A stretch of 64,000 bases of DNA from assembly GCF_965659345.1 (NCBI RefSeq), contig NZ_CBFHVK010000016.1:8155-72154 (forward strand), read 5' to 3'. The notes under the pieces are model-generated. The model ran no database searches. It was not told where the DNA came from and saw only the letters and a list, made by a program, of their open reading frames with translations. Each line of letters starts with the position of its first letter. The stretch's first letter is position 1. Shown here piece by piece: positions 1 through 10,718 of the stretch. The position numbers and the translations under genes are program-made. This DNA is from Planktotalea sp. GTDB lineage: Bacteria > Pseudomonadota > Alphaproteobacteria > Rhodobacterales > Rhodobacteraceae.

Positions 1-110
1 CGAATACCAAAGTATTTGGCCCAAGGATGATGCTTGGGAGGGCTGGTATGTCATGGAATATGTTGGAGTTTATTTTTGGGTGAGCAAAGCCACCCCACCG
101 ACCCCGTTTC

Positions 111-581
111 GTGTCGAGCAAGGCGAACAGCTTGATGAAGAGTAGCGCCACTTTTGTGTTTCTCGCTATGGCAATGCCTGCATATGCGCAGACATGTGAT
201 GCGTTAGAAGCACAACTAAACACGCGCGATGGCATCAGTACATATTTGACACAAGACACCTCGCGCGAAGTGATATGTGCGGCCGCGTTGATGCAGAACG
301 GCAAAACCAGCTCATTCTGTTACGCAATGTATGAATACCGCTCAGCCGACGCGCAATTGGCATTGGAGCGTTTGGATGCCACCCTTTCAAACTGTTTCTC
401 AGCGCGCGAAATGACCGGTGCAGGCGATATCGTGAACCACCCCGACAGCTTTGAGCAAAAGCAATTCTGCACGCCAGAAAATACTCTCAGTCTTTCGCTC
501 AAAGACAAAGCAACCCTAAATCAAACGCTGGTGTTCTTACGTTTAGACGAAAGTGCAAACCTACCGAATTTTTGCGAATGA
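111..581 (+). CDS. hypothetical secreted protein; the start may be the ATG at 135
   Basis: The N-terminus SSATFVFLAMAMPAYA-QT looks like a signal peptide. No recognisable family. Confidence 0.4.
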   Translation: MSSKANSLMKSSATFVFLAMAMPAYAQTCDALEAQLNTRDGISTYLTQDTSREVICAAALMQNGKTSSFCYAMYEYRSADAQLALERLDATLSNCFSAREMTGAGDIVNHPDSFEQKQFCTPENTLSLSLKDKATLNQTLVFLRLDESANLPNFCE

Positions 582-639
582 TATGGCGGTTTGATCTGTA
601 TCAACGACGCACAAACGAGCGCGGTGCACGATAATCCCC

Positions 640-1050
640 ATGAGCATGCTTGATGACATTGGCGGCGAAGCCTCCCTGCGCGACTTGGTAGAACATTTCT
701 ATGATCTGGTCGAAACCCTGCCCGAAGGCTCAAACCTGCGCCGCTTGCACGCACGCGGACATGGCGTTGATCATGCACGTGTTGAACAGTTTAACTTTCT
801 CTCGGGCTTCATGGGCGGGCGGCAGCATTACAAAGAAAAACATGGGCATATGGATGTGAAACTCATGCACGCTCATGTTCCGATCAGGAAAGAAGACGCG
901 GACAATTGGGTGCTCTGTATGTCGCAAGCGCTTAGTGACGAAGGTCATGAGGACACTCTGGCAGATCGTTTGAACACAGTATTTCGCCGCGTCGCTGATA
1001 TCCTAGTTAACGATGTTGAGGATTGGGAAACAGCCGGAACACGGCGCTAA
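640..1050 (+). CDS. truncated (group II-like) hemoglobin family protein
   Basis: 136 aa. Pattern LRDLVEHFYDLV...FLSGFMGG...HMDVKLMHAHVPIRKEDADNWVLCM is typical of 2-on-2 globins. Confidence 0.55.
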   Translation: MSMLDDIGGEASLRDLVEHFYDLVETLPEGSNLRRLHARGHGVDHARVEQFNFLSGFMGGRQHYKEKHGHMDVKLMHAHVPIRKEDADNWVLCMSQALSDEGHEDTLADRLNTVFRRVADILVNDVEDWETAGTRR

Positions 1051-1057
1051 CCTGGCA

Positions 1058-1648
1058 TCATCTCTCCGACCAAACAGGGGCAACATCAAAATCATCGCGC
1101 CACACCACATAAGCCATCACAGGATGCGCATGACTGGTTAGCGCATGTGCTGTACCGCTTGGATGAAACGCGGATTGACCGGATTGCAGCGTTTGTGATG
1201 GCGCGCCTTGCAGATGAAACTCTGCCTCGCCCGCGATCACCACATAGATTTCTTCTGCGGGATGATGATGCCAAGGATAGTGCAAATGCGGTGGCTGAAA
1301 GACCAAAAAACTACGCATCTTCTTTGATGCAAACGGCGCATCGCGTCCGATGATCTCATAACAGCCAAAGCGGTTCATGAAGTCCGGATCTGTATCACTA
1401 TCCTTGTAGGTTTCGCGCCACAGCATGTCAGATCCGAGCCCGCGAAGCGCATCGCGCAGATCTGGATACGCGCTGGCGTCCAAGCCGTCTTGCATCGCGA
1501 AAAGCTTTGTCGCAGGAATGGAATAGGGTGCAAGCGGTTGACGCGTCACATCATCTGGAAAAGGACAAAAAACACTCAACTCTGCATGCGTGCTGTGAAG
1601 CGTTCTGAGCTCTTTCAAAGCAATTTCTAAATGAGTTTGGGTCATCAC
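1058..1648 (-). CDS. cupin-fold protein, DMSP lyase-like (DddQ/DddL-type metal motif)
   Basis: 196 aa. Cupin motif YPWHHHPAEEIYVVIAGEAEF plus a distal HPSGTAHAL histidine. Confidence 0.45.
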   Translation of the reverse strand: MMTQTHLEIALKELRTLHSTHAELSVFCPFPDDVTRQPLAPYSIPATKLFAMQDGLDASAYPDLRDALRGLGSDMLWRETYKDSDTDPDFMNRFGCYEIIGRDAPFASKKMRSFLVFQPPHLHYPWHHHPAEEIYVVIAGEAEFHLQGAPSQTLQSGQSAFHPSGTAHALTSHAHPVMAYVVWRDDFDVAPVWSER

Positions 1649-1756
1649 ACATGTTCCTCGCGCCTTCAGGCTCTATTAACAGTGCAACCAGAATCCCCGA
1701 TTATCACGCCATTTCACGCCATTCATGCAGCCGGTAGCGTCGCAAAGGGAATGCTC

Positions 1757-1784
1757 AAACGAAAACAGGGACCGAAGTCCCTGT
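1757..1784 (-). terminator. rho-independent terminator after tmm
   Basis: Minus strand reads ACAGGGAC-TTCG-GTCCCTGT followed by TTTCGTTT. Confidence 0.65.
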
Positions 1785-1806
1785 CTCTTAGCAATCGTCA
1801 AATCGC

Positions 1807-3141
1807 TTAATTTTGCAGGTAAACTTCCAAACTATCGTCCAGCGCATCTTTCCATGGCGTGTGATGGATTGGGGCCATCGTGCCAGTGATGACCGATTTG
1901 TAAGCGTTGTTGCGGAAGGTCATAATGTCTTTCTTCTTGTGCCCTTTCCACTCTTTGAACGCTTGGCACGCGCCCTCAACATCAAAGCTCGGGTAATCGG
2001 TATCCGCGATCAATTCCTTGATGTAATCACCTTGATACCAGATCGCATCATAGTCATCCTCGCCTGCATCTTCGCGCGCCACACGATCTGCAACATCAGC
2101 CTGACGCGCAACGAGATCAGGTATCGCGAGGCGTCCCATGATCACATCACGTACGTACCAAGCTTGCGCATCAAACATATTGAACGTGAACCATTGATCC
2201 TGCATGCCAAGATAGAACAAATCTGGCTCTGGCACATAAGCGACCCCCTTATAGAGATCTGCGCTCGCCAAGCGGTTCGCCGTTTGCAAGCGCAAGTCAT
2301 CAGGCATGTAGGGGAAGTGATGCTTGTAACCCGTACACAGAATTACCGCATCAATGTCTTTCGTAGCCCCATCCTTGAAGTGCGCAGTATTTCCATCAAC
2401 CTTCGTGAGAAGCGGCACCTCTTGCCAGTTGTCTGGCCAATCATAGCCCATCGCCGCGGTACGATGGCTAACCGTGATTGTCTTTGCACCATACTTCCAA
2501 AGTTGCGAGCCGATATCTTCCGCAGAATAGGATGTACCAACAATCAGCACATCCTTGCCTGCAAACTCCATCGCATCGCGGAAATCATGAGCGTGTAGAA
2601 CGCGTCCTTTAAAGCTCTCGAACCCGTCAAACTGTGGTACATTTGGCGTGCTGAAGTGACCAGAAGCGACGATCACATGATCAAAACTTTCCGTATAGGT
2701 ACGATCATTGGGCAAATCGCAGACAGTCACGTCAAAACCTGCATCGCTCTTCTGCACCCAGCGTACAGCCGTTTCAAAACGGATCTGATCGCGCACGCCC
2801 GCCTTTTTCACGCGGCCCTCGATATAGTCGAACAGCACCGCACGCGGCGGATAAGAGGCGATCTGTTTGCCGAAATGTTCCTCGAACGAGTAATCCGCAA
2901 ATTCCAACCCCTCTTTTGGGCCATTCGACCACAAATAACGATACATGGAGCCGTGAACTGGTTCACCATATTGATCTAGGCCGGTGCGCCACGTGTAATT
3001 CCACAAACCGCCCCAGTTGGATTGCTTTTCAAAGCAAACGATTTCAGGCACCTCAGCGCCTTTTTCAGCGGCAGATTGAAAGGCTCGCAATTGTGCCAAT
3101 CCTGATGGACCTGCACCGATGATGGCGACGCGTTTGGTCAT
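1807..3141 (-). CDS. tmm: trimethylamine monooxygenase (flavin-containing monooxygenase)
   Basis: [34 protein letters not shown] and FMO-type motifs. I prefer the second ATG (3141) because a GGAG lies 7 nt upstream; the ORF track extends to 3153. Confidence 0.85.
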   Translation of the reverse strand: MTKRVAIIGAGPSGLAQLRAFQSAAEKGAEVPEIVCFEKQSNWGGLWNYTWRTGLDQYGEPVHGSMYRYLWSNGPKEGLEFADYSFEEHFGKQIASYPPRAVLFDYIEGRVKKAGVRDQIRFETAVRWVQKSDAGFDVTVCDLPNDRTYTESFDHVIVASGHFSTPNVPQFDGFESFKGRVLHAHDFRDAMEFAGKDVLIVGTSYSAEDIGSQLWKYGAKTITVSHRTAAMGYDWPDNWQEVPLLTKVDGNTAHFKDGATKDIDAVILCTGYKHHFPYMPDDLRLQTANRLASADLYKGVAYVPEPDLFYLGMQDQWFTFNMFDAQAWYVRDVIMGRLAIPDLVARQADVADRVAREDAGEDDYDAIWYQGDYIKELIADTDYPSFDVEGACQAFKEWKGHKKKDIMTFRNNAYKSVITGTMAPIHHTPWKDALDDSLEVYLQN

Positions 3142-3203
3142 GTAATTCTCCATTGTTAAACGTAAATGTATGTGATCTGCGTGGTTTGCACGCAGGTCCG
3201 TTT

Positions 3204-4538
3204 TTAAATATCGAGCGTGTTATCGCGCTCCCACTGAGAGAAATACGACACGAAGGAATCCCATTCCTGCATCTTCATCTTGAGATAGCTGCGCGAAAAC
3301 TCTTCACCCATCGCAGCCTTGAGCCCCTCGTCCTTGTCATACTCGCGCATCGCATCGAGCATATTCAAAGGCAGCTTTGGCGCATCTGTGATCAAATGAC
3401 CTTCCGCGTACATATCAATGTCGTGACGCTTGCCCGGATCCGCTTTGGAGCGCACACCGGACAGACCCGCTGCAATGATCACAGCCTGCAACAAATAGGG
3501 ATTCACCGCGCCATCTGGCAGGCGAAGTTCAAAACGGCCTGGACCGGGAACGCGCACCATGTGCGTACGGTTGTTGCCTGTCCACGTCACCGTATTGGGA
3601 GCCCAGGTCGCGCCAGACATCGTGCGCGGCGCGTTGATGCGTTTGTAGCTGTTCACCGTCGGATTGGTAATCGCCGCAAGCGCGCTGGCGTGCTTCATGA
3701 TGCCCCCAAGAAAATGACGGCCTTGCTCAGACAAACCAAGTTCTGCGGTTTGGCTGCTGTCGTTGGCCTCCATCGCGAAGACATTCTTTGTGGACGCATC
3801 ACCAGCCGCATCCCAAACTGAGACGTGCGCGTGACAGCCATTGCCAGTCAGGCCCTCAATCGGCTTAGGCATGAACGTCGCACGGTAGCCATGCTTTTCA
3901 GCAACGCATTTGGTCATAAACTTGAAGAAACTGTGCTTGTCAGCCGTCTTAAGCGCATCATCGAAATCCCAGTTCATCTCCCACTGACCATTCGCATCCT
4001 CGTGGTCATTCTGATAAGGGTTCCAACCAAGATCGAGCATATGATCCGAAATCTCGCGGATCACATCAAGGCGACGCATAAACGCTTGTTGATCGTAACA
4101 AGGTTTCGCGGCCGTATCGAAGCTATCGCTGATTTGGTCGCCTTCGGGTGTGAGCAGGAAGAACTCAGCCTCGATGCCTGTTTTGACGTGCATGCCCTCT
4201 TCGGCGGCTTCGGCAATCAGCTTGCGCAACACGTTTCGTGGCGCTTGCTCAACTGGTTCGCCTTCCATCACGCAATCCGCTGGGACCCATGCGATTTCCT
4301 TATTCCACGGCAGGATGATCACCGCATCAGGGTCCGGAACCGCCAGCATGTCAGGGTGCGCGGGCGTCAAATCAAGCCAAGTGGCGAACCCTGCAAATCC
4401 TGCGCCGTCTTCTTGCATATCCGCAATCGCGCGAGCCGGCACCAATTTTGCGCGTTGACCGCCAAAAAGATCGGTGAATGAAATCATGAAGTATTTTACG
4501 CCGTTCTCTTCGGCGAATCTTGCCAGATCAACTGTCAT
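3204..4538 (-). CDS. gmaS: gamma-glutamylmethylamide synthetase (glutamine synthetase-like)
   Basis: 444-aa glutamine-synthetase catalytic-domain protein, adjacent to mgsABC and tmm. Confidence 0.8.
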   Translation of the reverse strand: MTVDLARFAEENGVKYFMISFTDLFGGQRAKLVPARAIADMQEDGAGFAGFATWLDLTPAHPDMLAVPDPDAVIILPWNKEIAWVPADCVMEGEPVEQAPRNVLRKLIAEAAEEGMHVKTGIEAEFFLLTPEGDQISDSFDTAAKPCYDQQAFMRRLDVIREISDHMLDLGWNPYQNDHEDANGQWEMNWDFDDALKTADKHSFFKFMTKCVAEKHGYRATFMPKPIEGLTGNGCHAHVSVWDAAGDASTKNVFAMEANDSSQTAELGLSEQGRHFLGGIMKHASALAAITNPTVNSYKRINAPRTMSGATWAPNTVTWTGNNRTHMVRVPGPGRFELRLPDGAVNPYLLQAVIIAAGLSGVRSKADPGKRHDIDMYAEGHLITDAPKLPLNMLDAMREYDKDEGLKAAMGEEFSRSYLKMKMQEWDSFVSYFSQWERDNTLDI

Positions 4539-4570
4539 TTTTTTGTCCCTGTCGTCTTTTATTCGAATTC

Positions 4571-4604
4571 AAAAAAGGCGCGTGCCATGTGCTGTCCGCG
4601 CCTT
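4571..4604 (-). terminator. rho-independent terminator after mgsC
   Basis: Minus strand reads AAGGCGCG...CGCGCCTT followed by TTTTGAATT. Confidence 0.6.
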
Positions 4605-4615
4605 CGTTTCATGTC

Positions 4616-5962
4616 CTAGTAACCAGTTCCGGGCTTGCCGGGATACCAATCGGTGCCGCAAAGCGGCACTTTGGCCATCGCCGCCGCTTCCATTGTCAGC
4701 GCGACCAGATCTTCTGGTTCTAGGTTGTGTAGATGGTTCTTGCCGCAAGCACGCGCAATCGTTTGCGCCTCAAGCGTCATCACTTTGAGGTAGTTGCGCA
4801 AGCGGCGACCGCCTTCAATCGGATCGAACCGCTTCATCAATTCAGGGTTTTGCGTCGTGATGCCTGCAGGGTCTTGCCCCTCGTGCCAGTCATCATAAGC
4901 CCCTGCCGTCGTGCCAAGTGCGTTGTACTCCGCTTCCCACTTTGGATCATTGTCACCCAAAGCGATCAATGCTGCGGTGCCGATTGCAACAGCGTCTGCG
5001 CCAAGCGCCATCGCTTTAGCCACATCCGCGCCAGAGCGGATACCACCCGACAGGATTAATTGCACTTTGCGGTGCATGCCAAGGTCTTGGAGCGCTTGAA
5101 CCGCGGGACGAATGATAGCCAATGTCGGCTGACCCACGTGCTCGATGAACACATCCTGCGTCGCTGCTGTACCGCCTTGCATACCGTCCAGAACGATTGC
5201 ATCTGCGCCCGCTTTGACCGCCAAAGTGACGTCATAGTAGGGTCGCGCACCAGCGACTTTAACGTAAATCGGCACTTTCCAACCTGTGATTTCGCGTAGT
5301 TCCAAAATCTTGATCTCAAGATCATCAGGACCCGTCCAATCAGGGTGACGACAGGCAGAACGCTGATCAATACCCTTAGGCAGGTTACGCATATGCGCTA
5401 CACGGTCAGAAATTTTCTGACCCAACAACATACCGCCGCCACCAGGTTTCGCGCCTTGACCGACGACAATCTCAATCGCATCCGCCTTGCGTAAATCATT
5501 GGGGTTCATGCCGTAGCGGGAGGGCAAGTACTGATAGACCAACTTGTCAGAATGCCCGCGCTCTTCAGGTGTCATGCCACCGTCACCAGTTGTGGTGGAC
5601 GTGCCTGCCATGGACGCGCCGCGACCCAGCGCTTCTTTCGCGGGACCGGACAAAGCACCGAATGACATACCTGCGATGGTCACAGGGATATCGAGCTCAA
5701 TTGGGTTAGAGGCGTTCAACCCGCCGATAGTGACGTTCGTGTCGCACTTCTCGCGGTAGCCTTCGAGCGGATAACGCGAGATCGATGCGCCCATGAACAA
5801 GAGATCATCAAAGCTTGGCACTTTGCGCTTTGCGCCCCCGCCCCTGATGTCGTAAATGCCCGTCGCAGCCGCGCGACGGATGTCGGAGTTGATGTCTTGT
5901 GTGAAGGTCGCCGACTGTCGCGGGGACGTGTGCGGGATACCTTTTGCGTCGTGTGTTTTCAT
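4616..5962 (-). CDS. mgsC: N-methylglutamate synthase subunit C (FMN glutamate-synthase domain)
   Basis: 448 aa with a GltB-like FMN domain (GQGAKPGGGG, LDGMQGGTAA). Confidence 0.8.
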   Translation of the reverse strand: MKTHDAKGIPHTSPRQSATFTQDINSDIRRAAATGIYDIRGGGAKRKVPSFDDLLFMGASISRYPLEGYREKCDTNVTIGGLNASNPIELDIPVTIAGMSFGALSGPAKEALGRGASMAGTSTTTGDGGMTPEERGHSDKLVYQYLPSRYGMNPNDLRKADAIEIVVGQGAKPGGGGMLLGQKISDRVAHMRNLPKGIDQRSACRHPDWTGPDDLEIKILELREITGWKVPIYVKVAGARPYYDVTLAVKAGADAIVLDGMQGGTAATQDVFIEHVGQPTLAIIRPAVQALQDLGMHRKVQLILSGGIRSGADVAKAMALGADAVAIGTAALIALGDNDPKWEAEYNALGTTAGAYDDWHEGQDPAGITTQNPELMKRFDPIEGGRRLRNYLKVMTLEAQTIARACGKNHLHNLEPEDLVALTMEAAAMAKVPLCGTDWYPGKPGTGY

Positions 5963-5973
5963 CGTTGGTATCC

Positions 5974-6657
5974 TTAATACGCCGCAGCGTTGTCGACGTC
6001 GAAGTTGTAGAGATTGCGGGCAGAACCGTAGCGTGTGAAGTCTTTAGGATCGGCGTCGATACCTGCTTCATCCAAAAGGCCCTGCAAAAGCGTCAGATGC
6101 TCTTCGCGCATCTCTTTTTTCTCACAATCAGCGCCAAGGCTTTTCACCGAGCCACGCACGAAAAAACGTGCCTCATAGCAGCTATCACCAAGTGCGTCGC
6201 CAGCGTCACCGCACACTACGAGGTTGCCAGATTGACCCATAAACGCAGACATGTGGCCGATGTTGCCTTGAACCACGATGTTCACGCCTTTCATCGAAAT
6301 ACCACAGCGCGAGGACGCATTGCCTTTGACCACGATCAAGCCGCCATGACCCGTTGCGCCCAAATATTGGCTCGCATCGCCTTCAATGACGATCTTGCCT
6401 GACATGATGTTTTCGCCCGTCCCTGGGCCCGCTGAGCCGTGAATATTGACTGTCGCTTGTTGGTTCATACCGGCGCAATAGTAACCGGTGGAGCCTTTGA
6501 CAGTGACCTCAATCGGCGCATCAAGGCCACAAGCAATCGCATGCGCGCCTTTGGCGTTTTCAATCGTCCACGCCGTCTGGTTGGTATCATCCGACTGTGC
6601 GTGCAGCGCCGCGTTCACGCCGCGCAGACCCATTTCTTGTAAATCGACTGTTTGCAT
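5974..6657 (-). CDS. mgsB: N-methylglutamate synthase subunit B (GXGXG domain)
   Basis: 227 aa with repeated GxxG beta-helix motifs (GSAGPGTGE, GNASSRCG, GDAGDALG). Confidence 0.8.
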   Translation of the reverse strand: MQTVDLQEMGLRGVNAALHAQSDDTNQTAWTIENAKGAHAIACGLDAPIEVTVKGSTGYYCAGMNQQATVNIHGSAGPGTGENIMSGKIVIEGDASQYLGATGHGGLIVVKGNASSRCGISMKGVNIVVQGNIGHMSAFMGQSGNLVVCGDAGDALGDSCYEARFFVRGSVKSLGADCEKKEMREEHLTLLQGLLDEAGIDADPKDFTRYGSARNLYNFDVDNAAAY

Positions 6658-7587
6658 TTACGCTGCCTTCTCTGTGCTGGTCGGGGCCGCATTGTGGCTC
6701 CAGAAATAGACGGTTGCGGGTTCTGGCTCCCAAACGCGAGCCTCCTCAATACCGGGGAGATTTACCAAAGCGCGGTACTCTGATCCGAACGCCACATATT
6801 GATCGGTTTCGGCCATGACTGCGGGCTTGCAGGCAATCGGGTCGCGCACGACGCCAAAGCCGTCTTTGGTACCAACGAGGAAAGTGAAGAAACCGTCGAG
6901 ATCATCGAGCGAGCTTTCAAGCGCTTCGCCCAAAGTCGCCCCTTCGCGCATCTTCCAAGTGAGGTAAGCCGCGCCCACCTCTGTGTCGTTTTCTGTTTCA
7001 ATATGAATGCCTTCGCGGCGCAGCTTGCGGCGCAAAGAATTGTGGTTAGAGAGCGATCCGTTGTGCACCAAGCATTGATCGTCGCCCGTATTGAACGGAT
7101 GCGCGCCCATGGTCGTGATCGCCGATTCCGTCGCCATGCGTGTGTGGCCAATTCCATGAGTTCCGCTCATTGAGGTGACGTTGAATCGCGCAGCCACGTC
7201 TTTGGGCAGGCCCACTTCCTTGTAGATCTCAAGCGTGTCGCCACGGCTCATGATGCGCACATTCGGGCGGATCTCGTTCAAGGCTGTGCGCGCTTTTTCA
7301 AAGTTGCCCGCAGGAATAGAGAGAACCGCATGCGTACTGATGACGTCCATTGAAACAGTCCCGCCGAGCGCATCCGAGAGCGCGCTATCAAGGCCTGCGA
7401 ACTCCAATTCAGGCGCATCAGATTGCACCGTCATCTTTGATGAACCTTTTGTTTCATCACCATAAATCGCAATGCCTGCACTATCAGGGCCACGATCCGT
7501 CATAGTGATCAACATTGAGGTAAGCATATTGCCCAGCTCAGGTTCTAGCGATTTGTCTTTTAGGAAAAGACCAACAATCCCGCACAT
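6658..7587 (-). CDS. mgsA: N-methylglutamate synthase subunit A (class II glutamine amidotransferase)
   Basis: The start is set at MCGIVGLF because the Ntn-type catalytic Cys must follow the initiator Met. The ORF track extends 11 codons further upstream. Confidence 0.8.
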   Translation of the reverse strand: MCGIVGLFLKDKSLEPELGNMLTSMLITMTDRGPDSAGIAIYGDETKGSSKMTVQSDAPELEFAGLDSALSDALGGTVSMDVISTHAVLSIPAGNFEKARTALNEIRPNVRIMSRGDTLEIYKEVGLPKDVAARFNVTSMSGTHGIGHTRMATESAITTMGAHPFNTGDDQCLVHNGSLSNHNSLRRKLRREGIHIETENDTEVGAAYLTWKMREGATLGEALESSLDDLDGFFTFLVGTKDGFGVVRDPIACKPAVMAETDQYVAFGSEYRALVNLPGIEEARVWEPEPATVYFWSHNAAPTSTEKAA

Positions 7588-7801
7588 AGTGAAATCCCTC
7601 GAGTAACAGCCGCATGGCACACGGCATCCGACTCAGACGCTAGCAGCAATTATTTTGCGGCTCAACTGTTAGGAAACTTTTTTTCACTTAAGGCAAAAAA
7701 TACTAGGCAAAACGCGATTCTCATGTTTGATTGCCCGTGAGCATCCAGCATTCACGACTGGAGTGCGCCAAAAAACGACAGCTAATAGGGGAGTCCTAAA
7801 C

Positions 7802-9202
7802 GTGGAAGACCAAATCGCAGAGCTTGTTGCCAAAGTGGCAGAGCTTGAAGCGGCAAGCGGGGGTGCGAAAGTCACCAACACCGTGTTTGCCGAGACATAT
7901 TATTATCTGACAATTCCGCTGATGATCATCATCCATGCGGGATTTCTTGCGTATGAAATGGGCGCTTCGCGACTCAAGAACGTGTTGTCGTCGGGTGTTA
8001 AGAACATTCTCGCTTTCGCGTTTATGATCCCGACATTCTACTTCTTTGGTTGGTGGGTCTATTTCGGTTTCCCCACAGGTATTCCCGGTGAAGCAGGTCC
8101 GATGGGCATCTCTGGCATTGAATATGCGAATTCTATCGCTTGGGGCTGGGGTGAGTCGGCGCAATACATGGGTCCGAATATCGCGGATAACATTTCCGGT
8201 GTATTCTTTGGTGCGTTTGCGCTGTTCGCCTGCACGACGGCATCCATTATGTCTGGCGCGGTGATTGAGCGCATTCAAACGGTTGGATTTATCATCCTCG
8301 CGGTTGTGCTTGGCTCCTTCGCTTGGGTCGTTGCGGCGGCTTGGGGCTGGCATGCAGATGGCTGGTTGGTCACACAGTGGGGCGTACACGACTTTGGCGC
8401 GGCGGGCCTTGTCCACGCGGTTGCTGGTTTCTTTGCGCTTGGCGTTCTCGTCAACCTTGGGCCACGGATCGGCAAATTCAACGCAGATGGCACTGCCAAC
8501 CACATTCCGGGGCACAATATGCCTCTGACTGTTGTGGGTCTGATGCTCATCATCGTCGGTTTCTGGGGCTTCTTGATGGCTTGTGTTGTGCCTCCGGGTG
8601 AGGCGTGGAGCTGGTTCCCAGACAAGTTCGCAACGATCTATGGCACGCCTATCACGCTGGGTTCCTTGTCTTTCAACATCCTGATGGGTGTTGCGGGTGG
8701 CATCATTGGCAGCTGGCTGTTCACACGTGATCCGTTCTGGATGATGTCTGGCGCACTTGCGGGTATTATTTCCACGGCCTCTGGTCTGGATATCTACTAC
8801 CCTGCGCATGCCTTCCTGATTGCTTTGTCTGCTGGCTTGATCCTCAAGCCATGTGCTGACTTCCTTGAGAAGCGCGGCATCGACGATGCGGTAGGCGCGG
8901 TCACGGTGCACGGCACAATCGGTCTATATGGCTTGATAATGCTGGGTGTCTGGGCCTCTGGTTTTCCAGCGTTGGCAATCGAGAACGCCCCTACGATCAG
9001 CCTGATAGGTCAAATCGTTGGCGCAATCGTGTTCTTCTTGCTGGGCTTTGTGCCGGGCTACGTTGTTTCGCTCATCCTCAAGATGTGCGGCATGCTGCGT
9101 GTCCGTGAAGGTGCCGAGATTGCAGGTATGGATGCAGTGAAAGTTCCAGCGGCAGGCTATCCTGAGTGGGGCCGTGACGCACCCATCACGCCTGCTGAAT
9201 AA
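7802..9202 (+). CDS. ammonium/methylammonium transporter (Amt family)
   Basis: Multi-TM Amt signature (IIHAGFLAYEMG, HAVAGFFALG, VHGTIGLYG). GTG at 7802 has GGGGAG 8 nt upstream; the ORF track starts at 7727. Confidence 0.8.
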   Translation: MEDQIAELVAKVAELEAASGGAKVTNTVFAETYYYLTIPLMIIIHAGFLAYEMGASRLKNVLSSGVKNILAFAFMIPTFYFFGWWVYFGFPTGIPGEAGPMGISGIEYANSIAWGWGESAQYMGPNIADNISGVFFGAFALFACTTASIMSGAVIERIQTVGFIILAVVLGSFAWVVAAAWGWHADGWLVTQWGVHDFGAAGLVHAVAGFFALGVLVNLGPRIGKFNADGTANHIPGHNMPLTVVGLMLIIVGFWGFLMACVVPPGEAWSWFPDKFATIYGTPITLGSLSFNILMGVAGGIIGSWLFTRDPFWMMSGALAGIISTASGLDIYYPAHAFLIALSAGLILKPCADFLEKRGIDDAVGAVTVHGTIGLYGLIMLGVWASGFPALAIENAPTISLIGQIVGAIVFFLLGFVPGYVVSLILKMCGMLRVREGAEIAGMDAVKVPAAGYPEWGRDAPITPAE

Positions 9203-9229
9203 TCAAACAACACTGAAAAGGAGAAACAC

Positions 9230-9400
9230 ATGTTTCCATATTCTGAAGCCTCCTGGAGCGTTGTTGACGGTGCCATGTTTATCGGTTGGGGCACTGCCCT
9301 GCCAGGCATTACAACGTTCCTTGCGATGGTGGCTTGCGTCGTAGTCCTTGTGATCGGGCAACGCTCCGAGACGGCGAAAGCAAAAAAATTCGACAAGTAA
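9230..9400 (+). CDS. 56-aa single-TM small protein, not in the ORF track
   Basis: AAAAGGAGAAACAC precedes the ATG. Translation is MFPYSEASWSVVDGAMFIGWGTALPGITTFLAMVACVVVLVIGQRSETAKAKKFDK. A terminator follows. Confidence 0.5.
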   Translation: MFPYSEASWSVVDGAMFIGWGTALPGITTFLAMVACVVVLVIGQRSETAKAKKFDK

Positions 9401-9421
9401 ATCTTGATAAAACCTTGAATT

Positions 9422-9455
9422 GGGGGGCCATAGTTGGCTCCCCTTTTCGTTTTTA
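9422..9455 (+). terminator. rho-independent terminator after amt and the small ORF
   Basis: GGGGGGCC-atagtt-GGCTCCCC followed by TTTTCGTTTTT. Confidence 0.65.
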
Positions 9456-9556
9456 TTGCCTGTCAGGAAAAAAAGTTTAATCGCAATGTTGCTTTTTGCA
9501 CCCGTGTCGGGCTGAATACGATAAAACAAGACTCACAACAGACAGGGATATTTTAG

Positions 9557-10705
9557 ATGGCTATTCTTTGGAGACGCTCCGCGCTTGCACACCGTCACGC
9601 AGAAATTGGCGGCGAGTTGGAAGACTGGAACGGCATGGGCACCGCTTGGTTCTACGATCACACACCAGAGCGCGCAAAAGCTGACTATGAAGCGATCCGC
9701 ACCAAAGCGGGTCTGATGGATGTGTCCGGTCTGAAGAAAGTCTACGTCACCGGCCCAGACGCTGCTTACGTGATCGACCGCGCAACAACACGTAACGTGG
9801 AAAAGATTGCGCCAGGTCGTTCGACTTATGCCTCTATGCTGAACGCTGAGGGCAAGTTCATTGACGATTGCATCATCTATCACCTCTCGATGAATTCGTG
9901 GCTGGTTGTCCACGGCACGGGCACGGGCATGGAGCAACTCACGACAGTCGCCGCTGGCAAGAATTGCTCGGTGATCTTTGACGATGACCTTCACGATATG
10001 TCTTTGCAGGGTCCGGTTGCCGTTGATCTGCTTGCCAAAGAAATTCCAGAGATCCGTGATTTGGCCTACTTCGGCTTGATGCAAACACGCCTTTATGGCC
10101 GTGACGTGATGATCTCGCGCACAGGCTACACAGGAGAGCGTGGCTACGAGATTTTCTGCAAAGCGAAAGACGCCGTCCATCTTTGGGACAGCATCCTTGA
10201 AGCTGGTAAAGACATGGGCGTGCGCCCGACGCAGTTCTCAACCCTCGATATGCTGCGCATTGAAAGCTACCTGCTGTTCTACCCCGGCGACAACTCTGAA
10301 ACGTTCCCGTTTGAGAACGAAACATGTGGCGACACGCTCTGGGAGCTGGGCCTCGACTTTACAGTTTCACCTGACAAAGAAGGCTTTATCGGGTCCGAGA
10401 ACCACTATGCGTCAAAAGGCAAAGAGCGCTTCAAGATTTACGGCGTGAAGCTAAGCGATAGCATGGATCAGATGGAAATGTTTGCGCGCGTGCATGCGGA
10501 TGGCAAAGACGTGGGCGTGATCACCTATGGTCTGTCCTCCGAGCTGAACGGTTACTCCGTCGCAATCGCACGTCTGTCGCCAGAAGTTGCGAAAGCTGGC
10601 ACCAAGCTGACAGTTGTGCAGCCAGATGGCACAGAATTGGCCGCAACGGCGGAAGAAATGCCGTTCTACGATGTGGACAAATCCATCCGCACCGCCAAGG
10701 GTTAA
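9557..10705 (+). CDS. dmmD: GcvT-family aminomethyltransferase, dimethylamine monooxygenase-associated subunit
   Basis: 382-aa glycine-cleavage-T fold (GLMDVSGLKK, ISRTGYTGERGYEI), directly upstream of dmmABC-like genes. Confidence 0.7.
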   Translation: MAILWRRSALAHRHAEIGGELEDWNGMGTAWFYDHTPERAKADYEAIRTKAGLMDVSGLKKVYVTGPDAAYVIDRATTRNVEKIAPGRSTYASMLNAEGKFIDDCIIYHLSMNSWLVVHGTGTGMEQLTTVAAGKNCSVIFDDDLHDMSLQGPVAVDLLAKEIPEIRDLAYFGLMQTRLYGRDVMISRTGYTGERGYEIFCKAKDAVHLWDSILEAGKDMGVRPTQFSTLDMLRIESYLLFYPGDNSETFPFENETCGDTLWELGLDFTVSPDKEGFIGSENHYASKGKERFKIYGVKLSDSMDQMEMFARVHADGKDVGVITYGLSSELNGYSVAIARLSPEVAKAGTKLTVVQPDGTELAATAEEMPFYDVDKSIRTAKG

Positions 10706-10718
10706 GCCAACACTATCA

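Noticed and set aside
2-145. Open frame running from the window edge to a TAG at 143-145 (…WPKDDAWEGWYVMEYVGVYFWVSKATPPTPFRVEQGEQLDEE).
   Set aside because: Only 47 codons are visible and no motif is recognisable. It may be the 3' end of an upstream gene, but that cannot be supported from this window.
3177-3195. Hairpin CTGCGTG-gtttg-CACGCAG between gmaS and tmm.
   Set aside because: There is no T tract on the transcribed (minus) strand. It may be an RNA processing or stability element, but it is not a convincing terminator.
7796-8911. Long antisense or alternative-frame ORFs inside well-supported genes. Examples are 7796..8911(-) in amt, 1813..2598(+) in tmm, 3153..3821(+) and 3825..4481(+) in gmaS, 22776..23510(+) in tmoV, 9533..10180(-) in dmmD, and 40169..40828(+) / 40418..40933(-) over flhA.
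   Set aside because: Their translations are Arg/His/Cys-rich and low in information, with no motifs. They overlap genes with clear family signatures, so they are typical shadow ORFs.
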